This document shows positions 51,567 through 60,300 of a stretch of 64,000 nucleotides of DNA, in pieces (the first letter of the stretch is position 1; the number at the start of each line of letters is the position of its first letter). The stretch is taken from NCBI GenBank assembly GCA_965198115.1, contig OZ240241.1, forward strand, positions 4,704,001 to 4,768,000, written 5' to 3'. A program made the position numbers and the translations under genes. This DNA is from Candidatus Latescibacterota bacterium. GTDB taxonomy: Bacteria > Latescibacterota > UBA2968. The notes under the pieces are model-generated. The model made no database searches. It was not told where the DNA came from and saw only the letters and a list, made by a program, of their open reading frames with translations.

Positions 51567-53699
51567 ATGTCCGATACGCCTATAATCTGTCTGATCACCA
51601 TCCTCATCGTTTTCACCATCTTTGCGTGGCCGACCCTCGATCACGAGGCCCGCGACGCTAGAATGCTCCAGGTGATCTCGCTCGATGAGGCCGGATTTCT
51701 GAACGTTGTCCAAAATCTCCACGAAACAGGCGATCTGTCGATCGGCCATTTCACCTATCCAGCGCTATACCCCTACCTCGCCCTCATCATCGCAAAAGGG
51801 CAGGGTCTATTTGGAGCCATCACCGACGCGGCAATCATCAAGTCTCTACGTCTGATCTGCCTGGCAGCCGCGCTCCTTACTCTTCTGCTCGCCTATCGCA
51901 TCGGTGCATCCGCCTTCGACCGCGAAACAGGTGTAACGGCCGTTGCCCTCCTCGCCTCGGTCCCCGTCTTCTTCCGCTGGTCGGTCGAAGCGCACCCCGA
52001 TCTGCCACAGCTCGCTTTCCTGACCGCCGGCGTGTACGCCCTGTCACGTGCAGCCAAGCTCGAAACCCTGGGTGACCTGATTGCATCATCGTTATTCGCC
52101 GGTCTCGCCTTCGGCACAAAGTATGGGGGGTTCCTGCTGGTTCCGGCCATCGGGTTCGTGATTTTCAGGGTCGCCACCGATTCACGAACGAAACTTCAGG
52201 CGGGCCTCGCCTGTCTTCTCGTCTTCGCGGCAGCGTTCACGCTCACCAATCCCTACGTCATAGGGAATTGGGACCGGTTCACAGCCGATCTCTCCTTCGT
52301 CGGCAGAATCGTATCCGACGAACCGGATGTGTCACCACTCGCCTGGTTTGGGATTCTCTTCTCACCAGCCATCGGTTTGTTCATCGGAGTGCTACTCGCG
52401 TTAACCTGCGTTTTCTCTCTGACCGGCAAGGGCCCCCTCGCCCGACGAGAAGATCATCTTGTGCTCATCGTATTCGCGGCCACTTGCCTTGTCTTCCTCT
52501 TGATCCGAATCAGGTTCATCCAAGGACAGTATCTGTTGCCGGTCCTACCTGTCTTCGCCGTGGTGGCCGCAAGCGTCTTGCCCAGCCGATGCCGGGCGTG
52601 GGGGCTGCCGGCCAGTGGACGAATCGCTGTTGTCCTCGCCGTGGCCGTCGTGCAAGCCAGCTTCTCTCGCGATGCGTGGTCCGCGCGAGTCCGCGACCTC
52701 ACCGAGGATCCCATCATCGCATCCGGTCTCTGGCTCGAAGAAGCGTATGGATCGAACACCACCATTCTCTTCGACGCCTACGCGTATGTACCCTCGAAAT
52801 TCACCCGCGCGCAGAGCGTGTTCGGACCGTCCTATTCCTTGATCCATCTCCTTGCGCCTGACCTGCTCCTTACCCGATCGAGCATCCGCGATCGATATCG
52901 GAGCCCCGACACGCCCACCGACTTCCGTCTGACCGACGACGCAGCCGAGGCCGCGGACTTCCTCTACCTCCAGAACCAGCGCTACCGAGACATCCACGAC
53001 ACCTACAGCTATCTGGAGAACGGTGTGATCCCGGAATACAGCCTGGTTCGCGATTTCGGTGACGTCACCCTCTACGCCCGACGGGAGCGTGTCGATGCCG
53101 CTCGGTGGGATCGAATCCAGCACGCGCACACAACCGGCACCCTCCCGGCCGTCGCCGCTGCGGGATCGTTTATGTCATTTGGAACCCTGCACGCCACGGC
53201 GGGCAACTACCCCCAGGCCTCCATCCAATACCGAAAGGCGGTCGAAGCCCTTCCCGACAACGCGATGGCCAAGGACCACCTCGCGGCGTCGCTCGCCCAT
53301 CAGGACAGCGTTGAAGTCGCCTGGTCGTTGTGGGAGGAAGCAGAGACGCACTCGAACGACACGGCAAGCATCTGGATCCGCGCCGGCTGGGCGCTCTATG
53401 CGTCAGGCCACTACGAGGCTTCGCGAAACGCCAGCCAACGCGCCATCGAATCGGCACCTGAACATCCTTACCCGCGATTCAACATCGCGCTTGCCCACCT
53501 GGCCGAGGGCAACGTCACAGCTGCGGATTCAGTCTATTCCGCCGCCCTCGAGAACCACGAACTACCTGAAGCCACCGCCAACATTCTCGCTGAACTCAAA
53601 CAAAACGAGGGCCTCTCCCTCGAAGGAATAGCCCTCGTCAATCGCTTGCTGGTGGAACGGGGAAGTTCAGGACGAACCCAGTCCGATCATCCTGAGTAG
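51567..53699 (+). CDS. GT-C membrane glycosyltransferase (family 39, ArnT/PMT-like) with C-terminal TPRs
   Basis: DE motif after first TM, multiple TM helices, GLAFGTKY, TPR-like tail. Confidence 0.82.
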   Translation: MSDTPIICLITILIVFTIFAWPTLDHEARDARMLQVISLDEAGFLNVVQNLHETGDLSIGHFTYPALYPYLALIIAKGQGLFGAITDAAIIKSLRLICLAAALLTLLLAYRIGASAFDRETGVTAVALLASVPVFFRWSVEAHPDLPQLAFLTAGVYALSRAAKLETLGDLIASSLFAGLAFGTKYGGFLLVPAIGFVIFRVATDSRTKLQAGLACLLVFAAAFTLTNPYVIGNWDRFTADLSFVGRIVSDEPDVSPLAWFGILFSPAIGLFIGVLLALTCVFSLTGKGPLARREDHLVLIVFAATCLVFLLIRIRFIQGQYLLPVLPVFAVVAASVLPSRCRAWGLPASGRIAVVLAVAVVQASFSRDAWSARVRDLTEDPIIASGLWLEEAYGSNTTILFDAYAYVPSKFTRAQSVFGPSYSLIHLLAPDLLLTRSSIRDRYRSPDTPTDFRLTDDAAEAADFLYLQNQRYRDIHDTYSYLENGVIPEYSLVRDFGDVTLYARRERVDAARWDRIQHAHTTGTLPAVAAAGSFMSFGTLHATAGNYPQASIQYRKAVEALPDNAMAKDHLAASLAHQDSVEVAWSLWEEAETHSNDTASIWIRAGWALYASGHYEASRNASQRAIESAPEHPYPRFNIALAHLAEGNVTAADSVYSAALENHELPEATANILAELKQNEGLSLEGIALVNRLLVERGSSGRTQSDHPE

Positions 53700-53770
53700 A
53701 CGCCTCGCCAGATCCAACGTACGCGACATTTCTAAAGGAGTGTGATCGTCATATCGAAGGACGATCGGAC
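53681..53770. repeat. CCTGAG..TCGAAGG-type palindromic repeat with cargo; supplies the upstream stop codon
   Basis: GTCCGATC..GATCGGAC outer IR around ATCCTGAGTA..ATATCGAAGG. Confidence 0.6.
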
Positions 53771-53808
53771 CCTTCTCCCTACTCACTCTCCGTCCTCTTC
53801 CCTTTCCC

Positions 53809-54216
53809 CTACGGCGTCAGCAACGGAATGACGCGTCGCCCGAAGCGGCGATAGCTCCTGAAGTCACTGTCCAAGGTAAACACCCTGTGATCCGGATACA
53901 ACTCGGACATTCGCACGAGACACGCATCCGCGAGCGACATCGGTTGGTCTGCGTATTTCTCCAAGAGTTTCAGAACTTCATCAATCTCAGCTTCCAATGA
54001 AAAGGAGGCCTTCAGGAAGCCTCGCTCCAGCATCGCCCTCAGGCCCGCTGCACCGCTGAACGTTCTGCGTTCGAGTAGGTGAAACGATTCGGTCAACACC
54101 GCCTCGCAAGTAAGGAGTGGCGGCGCAAGCGGATCTGCAGCCTCTATACACCAGTGGTGATAAGGCTCGCTGGGATTGAGTAATGAAACGATGGGTCCAG
54201 CGTCAGCGATGGTCAT
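53809..54216 (-). CDS. vapC: VapC-family PIN domain ribonuclease toxin
   Basis: ADAG, VLTE, SLADA, TLDSDF: acidic PIN active-site residues all present; 135 aa. Confidence 0.92.
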   Translation of the reverse strand: MTIADAGPIVSLLNPSEPYHHWCIEAADPLAPPLLTCEAVLTESFHLLERRTFSGAAGLRAMLERGFLKASFSLEAEIDEVLKLLEKYADQPMSLADACLVRMSELYPDHRVFTLDSDFRSYRRFGRRVIPLLTP

Positions 54217-54473
54217 TTCTTTCGACCGGTGCCGAGGCTGTCTTCACCCAGATCCTCGAGATACTTGGGGTTCGTAGAAAGGTCCGCAGGCCCGTCTACG
54301 GTACCAACGAGATCTCGTATTAGATCCAATGCAGATTGATTCTTTTCGCTCTTTGTCAAGTAGGTCACCAGGGCCTCTCGAACGAGGGAAGACTTGCTAA
54401 CACCCTGTCTCTGTGCCTCGTAAACAATTTCTTTATCGAGCGAATCCGGAACCTTGATCGTAATCGCCTTCAT
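54213..54473 (-). CDS. CopG/ribbon-helix-helix antitoxin (copy 3)
   Basis: KAITIKV..EAQRQGVSKSSLVREAL; C-terminal GPADLSTNPKYLEDLG. Confidence 0.88.
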   Translation of the reverse strand: MKAITIKVPDSLDKEIVYEAQRQGVSKSSLVREALVTYLTKSEKNQSALDLIRDLVGTVDGPADLSTNPKYLEDLGEDSLGTGRKK

Positions 54474-54754
54474 TTTTGACTCCTCCTCTGCAACTGGAGA
54501 TGTCCCAAGCTATCTGTCCCAAAGTCCTCCATATATTTCGGATTCGTTGAGAGGTCACTTGGACCTTCACCGTCTGAATCCAACAAGTCTTTGATACGAT
54601 CGTAGACCGAGGGCTCTGAAGAATTCGATGGTTCTGCCAGGTAGGAGGCCAGGGCCTCTCGCACGAGTGACGACTTGCTGATCCCCTGCCTCTGTGCTTC
54701 GTATCTGACTCTCTCATCTATTTCTTCGCTTACTTTGAGCGTAATCGTTTTCAT
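54470..54754 (-). CDS. CopG/ribbon-helix-helix antitoxin (copy 2)
   Basis: KTITLKV..EAQRQGISKSSLVREAL; C-terminal GPSDLSTNPKYMEDFG. Confidence 0.88.
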   Translation of the reverse strand: MKTITLKVSEEIDERVRYEAQRQGISKSSLVREALASYLAEPSNSSEPSVYDRIKDLLDSDGEGPSDLSTNPKYMEDFGTDSLGHLQLQRRSQK

Positions 54755-55026
54755 CGCTCCTCCGCATTCGAATACCCGAGACTGTCCCGACCGAGTCCTT
54801 CCAGGTGTTTCGGGTTAGTAGATAGATCTCCCGGGCCGTCAAACGATCCGATCAGGTGCTTCATCCCTCCATAGACCGACTTTGGTTCATCCTGCTTCTT
54901 GCCATCTCCCAAATAGGCAGCCAGGGCCTCCTTGACGATAGACGACAGGGATACTCCCCTGCGACCCGCCTCGAGCCTGAGCTTCTCCTCGATTTTTTCC
55001 GGAATTCTGATTTTCATCGTCTTCAT
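54751..55026 (-). CDS. CopG/ribbon-helix-helix antitoxin (copy 1)
   Basis: KTMKIRI..EAGRRGVSLSSIVKEAL; C-terminal GPGDLSTNPKHLEGLG. Confidence 0.88.
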   Translation of the reverse strand: MKTMKIRIPEKIEEKLRLEAGRRGVSLSSIVKEALAAYLGDGKKQDEPKSVYGGMKHLIGSFDGPGDLSTNPKHLEGLGRDSLGYSNAEER

Positions 55027-55046
55027 CGCACAGCTCTTTCCATTTC

Positions 55047-55093
55047 GTATTACCGTCTGCGCAAAAGGTATTACCTTTGTAGGGTGGCGTCAA
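55047..55093 (-). promoter_or_regulatory. Promoter/operator of the TA operon
   Basis: TTGACG-N17-TACCTT on the minus strand; palindrome AAAGGTA-T-TACCTTT (55064-55078) and a second GTATTAC box 21 bp away. Confidence 0.7.
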
Positions 55094-55380
55094 TCCCTGC
55101 TGTTCTCTGACTTCCACTCTCTGATCTCCGTCTCCCCACGACAAACCTGCGACCCTGCAGGTGGTCTTGGACGAATCTGATTAAACCGAGCGGGAGATCG
55201 GTAGAGGATCCTCCTCCGCTGAAGCTTCGGAGGACAGGGAGAGCGGGCGAACTGTGGTGAAATGCGGGTTAATCGACCGTTTCGCTCCGGCATTCTCTTC
55301 TTTCCCCACAAACTGCCGCTTCTTGTATAAGAAAATCTAAAACTTGTGACGGGTGTCACTAAATTAGGATCCTGTGCCTA

Positions 55381-55410
55381 TTGATGCACAATCAGCTTCA
55401 GACATATAAT
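55381..55410 (+). promoter_or_regulatory. Putative sigma-70 promoter
   Basis: TTGATG-N18-TATAAT. Confidence 0.55.
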
Positions 55411-55527
55411 TGAGGTGCAAACCTTGAGTCGGGAACATCTGAGCCCAGCTTCGTTGTATCGGGACAGCGGAGTGGCACCCAATGCGGTCGTGATGTTCCG
55501 CGATAACGTTTCCTCTGAGCGTTAAGC

Positions 55528-55576
55528 AGCCCCAAGTAGGCCTTGCAGAGGGGCCTGCGTGGGGCTTTCTGTTTTT
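55528..55576 (+). terminator. Intrinsic terminator located upstream of the surface-protein genes
   Basis: AGCCCCA..GTAGGCCTT/GGGGCCTGC..TGGGGCT stem followed by TTCTGTTTTT. Confidence 0.75.
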
Positions 55577-55624
55577 GCGTTGGGAGCTTGTGGGTTTCGG
55601 ACTTTCCGACCGCAGACCAACCAA

Positions 55625-57396
55625 ATGACAAGCCGTTATTCCCTCGCCTTCGTCTGCTGCCTCATTCTCGTCTGCCTGACGTGGACACCCAGGTTGCACG
55701 CTGCAGCCATCTCTTGGGACGGCGGCGGCGACGGCATCAGTTGGGATGATAACACCAACTGGAGCGGGGACGTCCTACCTGGCGGCGCCGATGACGTGAC
55801 CATCAACGTTGGCGGTACTCCAACCATTCTGCACTCCACCGGCACCACTACGATCAACAGCCTGTCTTGCGACGAGAACCTCATCCTTTCAGGCGGATCG
55901 TTGGATCTCGCGGCTGCCTCAACCATTACTGCGAACGGCGCACTCTCCCTGACAGGTGGCACCTTGACGGGGGCCGGCACGTTGACGGTGAACAGTGCGA
56001 TGACGTGGTCGTCCGGCGCGATGAGCGGCACCGGCACCACAGAGATCGCCGGCGGCGCGACGCTGACCATCTCCACCGCCACCGCAAAGACGCTCTCCCA
56101 GCGCACGCTCTCGATCCTGAACACCGGCATCGCCAACGTCACCGGCACCGGACAGATCGGCTTGCAAACCTCCGCCGTCATCGACAACCAGGCCGGCGGC
56201 ACCTTCGACGTCCAGGTCGACGCCAACATCGCCCACACCTTCGGCGCGGTGGTCACCATCAACAACGCCGGCACCTTCCAAAAATCCGGCGGCACGGGCA
56301 CCACACAAATCGGCGGCGGCATCGCGTTCAACAACACAGGATCCGTAAAAGTCCAGATGGGAACCCTCGATTTCGCCGGCACATTTTCAAGTTTCTCGGG
56401 TACAACCCTTACTGGCGGAACCTACGATGTCTCTGGCATATGCAGTTTCCCAGCGCCGACATCGTCACGAACGCGGCCACCATTATCCTGGATGGTGCAG
56501 GTTCACTGATCGAGCCCACGGGCGGGGGCGCCGATGCCATCACGAACTTCGCGACGAACGCGGCTGCCGGCAGTTTCGAGATCAAGAACAGCCGCAATTT
56601 CACGTCGGCTGCGGCCCTGAGCAACGCCGGAACGGTCACGATCGGCACGGGCTCGACATTGACCGTACCCGCCGCCGCCAATTATACGCAGACGTCCGGA
56701 ACGACGACCGTCGACGGCACGCTTACGACAACTGGTATCGTCGACATTCAAGCGGGTTCATCGTTGCTCGGCACCGGGAATGTCAACTCGAACACGACCA
56801 ACGCGGGGTCTACTGGACCGGGAACTTCCGCCGGTCAATTGACGGTGACCGGCAACTACACACAAACATCCGCAGGCACGCTGGATATCGAGCTCGGCGG
56901 CACCACCGTCGCCACACAGTACGATCAGCTGATCGTCACAGGCACGGCTCCCACTTTCAGATGGATCGAGGTTTACGCGGCCAATGGAACGATCAACACC
57001 TCCGACCGGCGCAGGAAGCGCGACATTCGGGACATCGACTACGGGCTGGATGAACTGCAGAAGTTGAAACCGGTCCGATACCGCTGGAAAGATCATCCCG
57101 AACGGGGAGAGCGACTCGGGCTGATCGCGCAGGATGTGCAGGAGGTGATTTCAGAAGTCGTCAACGTCGGAAACGACAAGGACCAAACGCTCGGGGTGTA
57201 TTACTCGGATCTAATTCCGGTACTCATAAAGGGGGTGCAGGAACAGCAGGCAATGATCGAGAGACAGGGAAATGAAATCGAAGAACTCAGGAAGATGGTT
57301 CGTGAGCTCGGCCTCAAGACGGCGGGTGCTGAAGCGGACGTCGATCCAACTTCGGTGTCGCTCGAAAGGGTAACTGACAAAAACGATAAGTCATGA
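55625..57396 (+). CDS. Secreted Gly/Thr-rich beta-helix protein with C-terminal peptidase S74 (intramolecular chaperone) domain; frameshift near 56440
   Basis: Signal peptide, WDGGG..W..NW cap, autotransporter-passenger-like repeats, then RW..VYAANGTINTSDRRRK..LKPVRYRWK..GLIAQDV..YSDLIPVLIKGVQE and coiled coil. Confidence 0.85.
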
Positions 57397-60300
57397 AACC
57401 ATCGATGCGCACCATCATTCTCACGGCTCTGGCACTGATCTGGAGTCTCACCTCCAACGCACTCGCCCAGATCAATCAGCCGCGCACTGTCGTCTCCAAC
57501 GGTGGCGAGAAGTCCACTGCCGCGGGCCAGATCCTGCACAGCACCTTTGGCCAGGTGTTCGCCGGGACGACCAGCAACGCCTCCAACACAAACGAGATCG
57601 GGTTCTGGCACACGCTCTATCAGAACAACCAACCGATGGCCACACCACAGACGGTCGGCACGAACGAGGACACGGACGTCACGGTCACCCTCGGCGGGAC
57701 AGATGCCGACGGGGATCCCTTGACGGCTCTGATCTCCACGTTGCCGGCGAACGGATCCGTCTATCAGACGCCGGATGGAACGGCTCGCGGCGCCCAGATC
57801 ACGAGCGTGCCCACAACCGTCACTGACGCATTGCGCCGCATCATCTACGTCACCGCCTTGAACGGCACGGGCAACGGCCACGGAAGCATCGGCTTTAAAA
57901 TGAACGATGGATCGCTCGACTCACCCGAGGCCACCATCACGGTCGATGTAACCGCGGTCAACGACGCGCCCACCCTCAACGCTATCGCCAACCCGTCGCA
58001 GATCCAGGAGAATGCTGGCCAGCAAACGGTCAACCTCGCCGGCATCGGTCCTGGAGGTGGCACCGACGAATCCGGCCAGACCCTGACGGTCACTGCCACG
58101 TCCAACAACACCAGTCTGATTCCCAACCCGACAGTGACCTACGCGAGTCCAAACAGCACGGGCAGTCTCGTTTACGTGCCCGCCTCCAACCAGGATGGCT
58201 CGGCCGTCGTCACCGTCACGGTTGCGGACAACGGAGGAAACGCCAACGGGGGCGCGAACACCATCAGCCGGACCTTCACGGTATCCGTCGCCGACGCGAG
58301 CGCGCCACCTCCTCCACCTCCACCACCGCCACCACCGCCACCCGCGAACAACCCGCCGACCATCGCTTCTATCGCCCCCCTGTCGGCGGTTCAGAATACG
58401 CCCATCACCTTCAACGTTCCGGTTTCCGACGAGAACGTGAGCACCACCGACATCATCGTGTCGGGGCATGACGCGTCCCTGATTCCGACCGTACAGATTT
58501 TGAGAAAATCGATCACCGTCACCCCGATCGATGACGTCTTCACGACGACCATCAGCCTCGTCGCCAGAGACGCAAGCGGCCAGAATTCATCCCAAGTCAC
58601 CGTCATCCTCACCTGGACACAGCCTCCCAACGAATTACCAACATTCGTCGATGGATCCTTCTTCCCTCCCGACGGAGCCGTAGACCAGTCCACTTCAATC
58701 TTCCTTTCGTGGGAAGGCCAGGACGGCGATGGCGACGCCCTGCTGTTCACCGTATTAACCGGCCCGTCAGCCGATGACCTGACCGTCCAGGCCGTCGATC
58801 TGACCGACACGACCTTCCTCCTCGACAACCTCGACCATCTCCAGACCGTCCATTGGCAGATTACCATCGACGACAGCAAGGGCGACCCGGTCCCCGGACC
58901 GATATCATCGTTCACGACCCTACCCCCGCCCATCGTCGGTCCCATCACCTTCATCAGTTTCCAGCCCGCCGACGGCGCCACGGACGTCTCGAGAGCGGTC
59001 GAGCTTCGGGGCCAGCCGGACATACCGGAAGGCACACGGTGACGTATTCCGTGCGGCTCGGCGACGCAAGCAACGAACTCGTTACGATTGCAGAAAACCT
59101 GACCGAGCCCCGTTTCTCGGTACTGCGGGCGCATTCCAGCAGCACGTTCTGGCAGATGGTGGCCATCAGCGGAGAGGAAGTTTCCGAGGGCCCGATTCTC
59201 ATGTTCACAGTAGTCGGGGATACACGAGCGCCCACCCTCCGCGGTGACGCTGTCGACATCGGGCCGACCACCGCCCGCATTATCGGGACAGCGGACGAGT
59301 CGGTGACCGGCGAAGTCCGGTTCGGACGCCAACCCGATCTGTCGGATGGAACGACGGTCACGTCGGACGCCGGCTTGGGGCGCAACGTGTCCGTGGACCT
59401 GACTGAACTGACCGATGGCGTCTACTACTATGAGGTGATCGGGATCGACGGCTCCGGCAACGTGGGCCGAAGCGCCATCCGCAGCTTCAGCCCCTTGCGT
59501 GCAGCCGATACAACCCCTCCGGTCTTTCTCGCCGGCCCCACCGTGGAAGGGATCGAGGATGTCACCGCCGTCGTGCGCTTCCGGTTGAACGAACGGTCGG
59601 CCGTCGAAGTCGCTCTTTCGGGCAATGGGGTCCTTGAGACGATTTCATCGGACCCCGCATTGATTCACATCATCAGACTCGACGGCGACCCGTCCACCGA
59701 ATACGAGATCGTCGTGACCGTCACCGACGCGGCCGGAAACGAGGCGCAGAGCCCTGTAATCACCTTCCAGACCAGGGAGTCGCCCGACATTGAACCGCCC
59801 GTCTACGTCCAGCGGCCCCAGACCGACCGTTCCCACATCGGCGCCATCGCGACGTGGGAGGTCAACGAACCCGTCTTTGGCGAGCTCAGATTCGGGCCGG
59901 CGTCGGGAGACCTGACAGAATCGGTATCCACCCTCGCGCCCGGGTTCGTTGTCTCCCTTGAAATCACTGATCTCGAGCCCAACACGACCTACGCGTTCCA
60001 GGCCGTGTCGACGGACCTTTCCGGAAACGTTCTGACAGGCGCCATTCGCACCTTCACGACCTTCGCCGCCCCTGACACGACACCGCCCATTGTCATCCAA
60101 GGGCCATCCGTGCGTGGTCTCTTGCAGGATCAGGCCATCGTCGCCTGGAAAACGAACGAGACCGCCTTTTCCCGCATCGTCTTCGACACTGAGGACATCT
60201 CTCTCCGGTCCTTCCGCACGCCCCTCAGCACGGAAGCCAAGACCGAACACGTACGGCGTCTGACCGGTCTCGACGCGGCCACACGATACAACTTCCAGGT

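Noticed and set aside
53809-55026. Antitoxin triplet as an assembly stutter
   Set aside because: Copies differ extensively in sequence and length (86, 94, 91 aa) while keeping open frames and coupling.
55414-55445. c-di-GMP-I riboswitch (GCAAACC)
   Set aside because: Lacks the GNRA-capped stem and GACGCAAAG segment; kept only as an unclassified leader.
56950-57396. Prophage suggested by the tail-fibre chaperone (S74) domain
   Set aside because: No integrase, capsid, terminase or tail genes nearby, and the protein has a Sec-type signal peptide.
58306-58343. CCA/CCT/CCG low-complexity tract
   Set aside because: Explained as an ordinary poly-proline linker.
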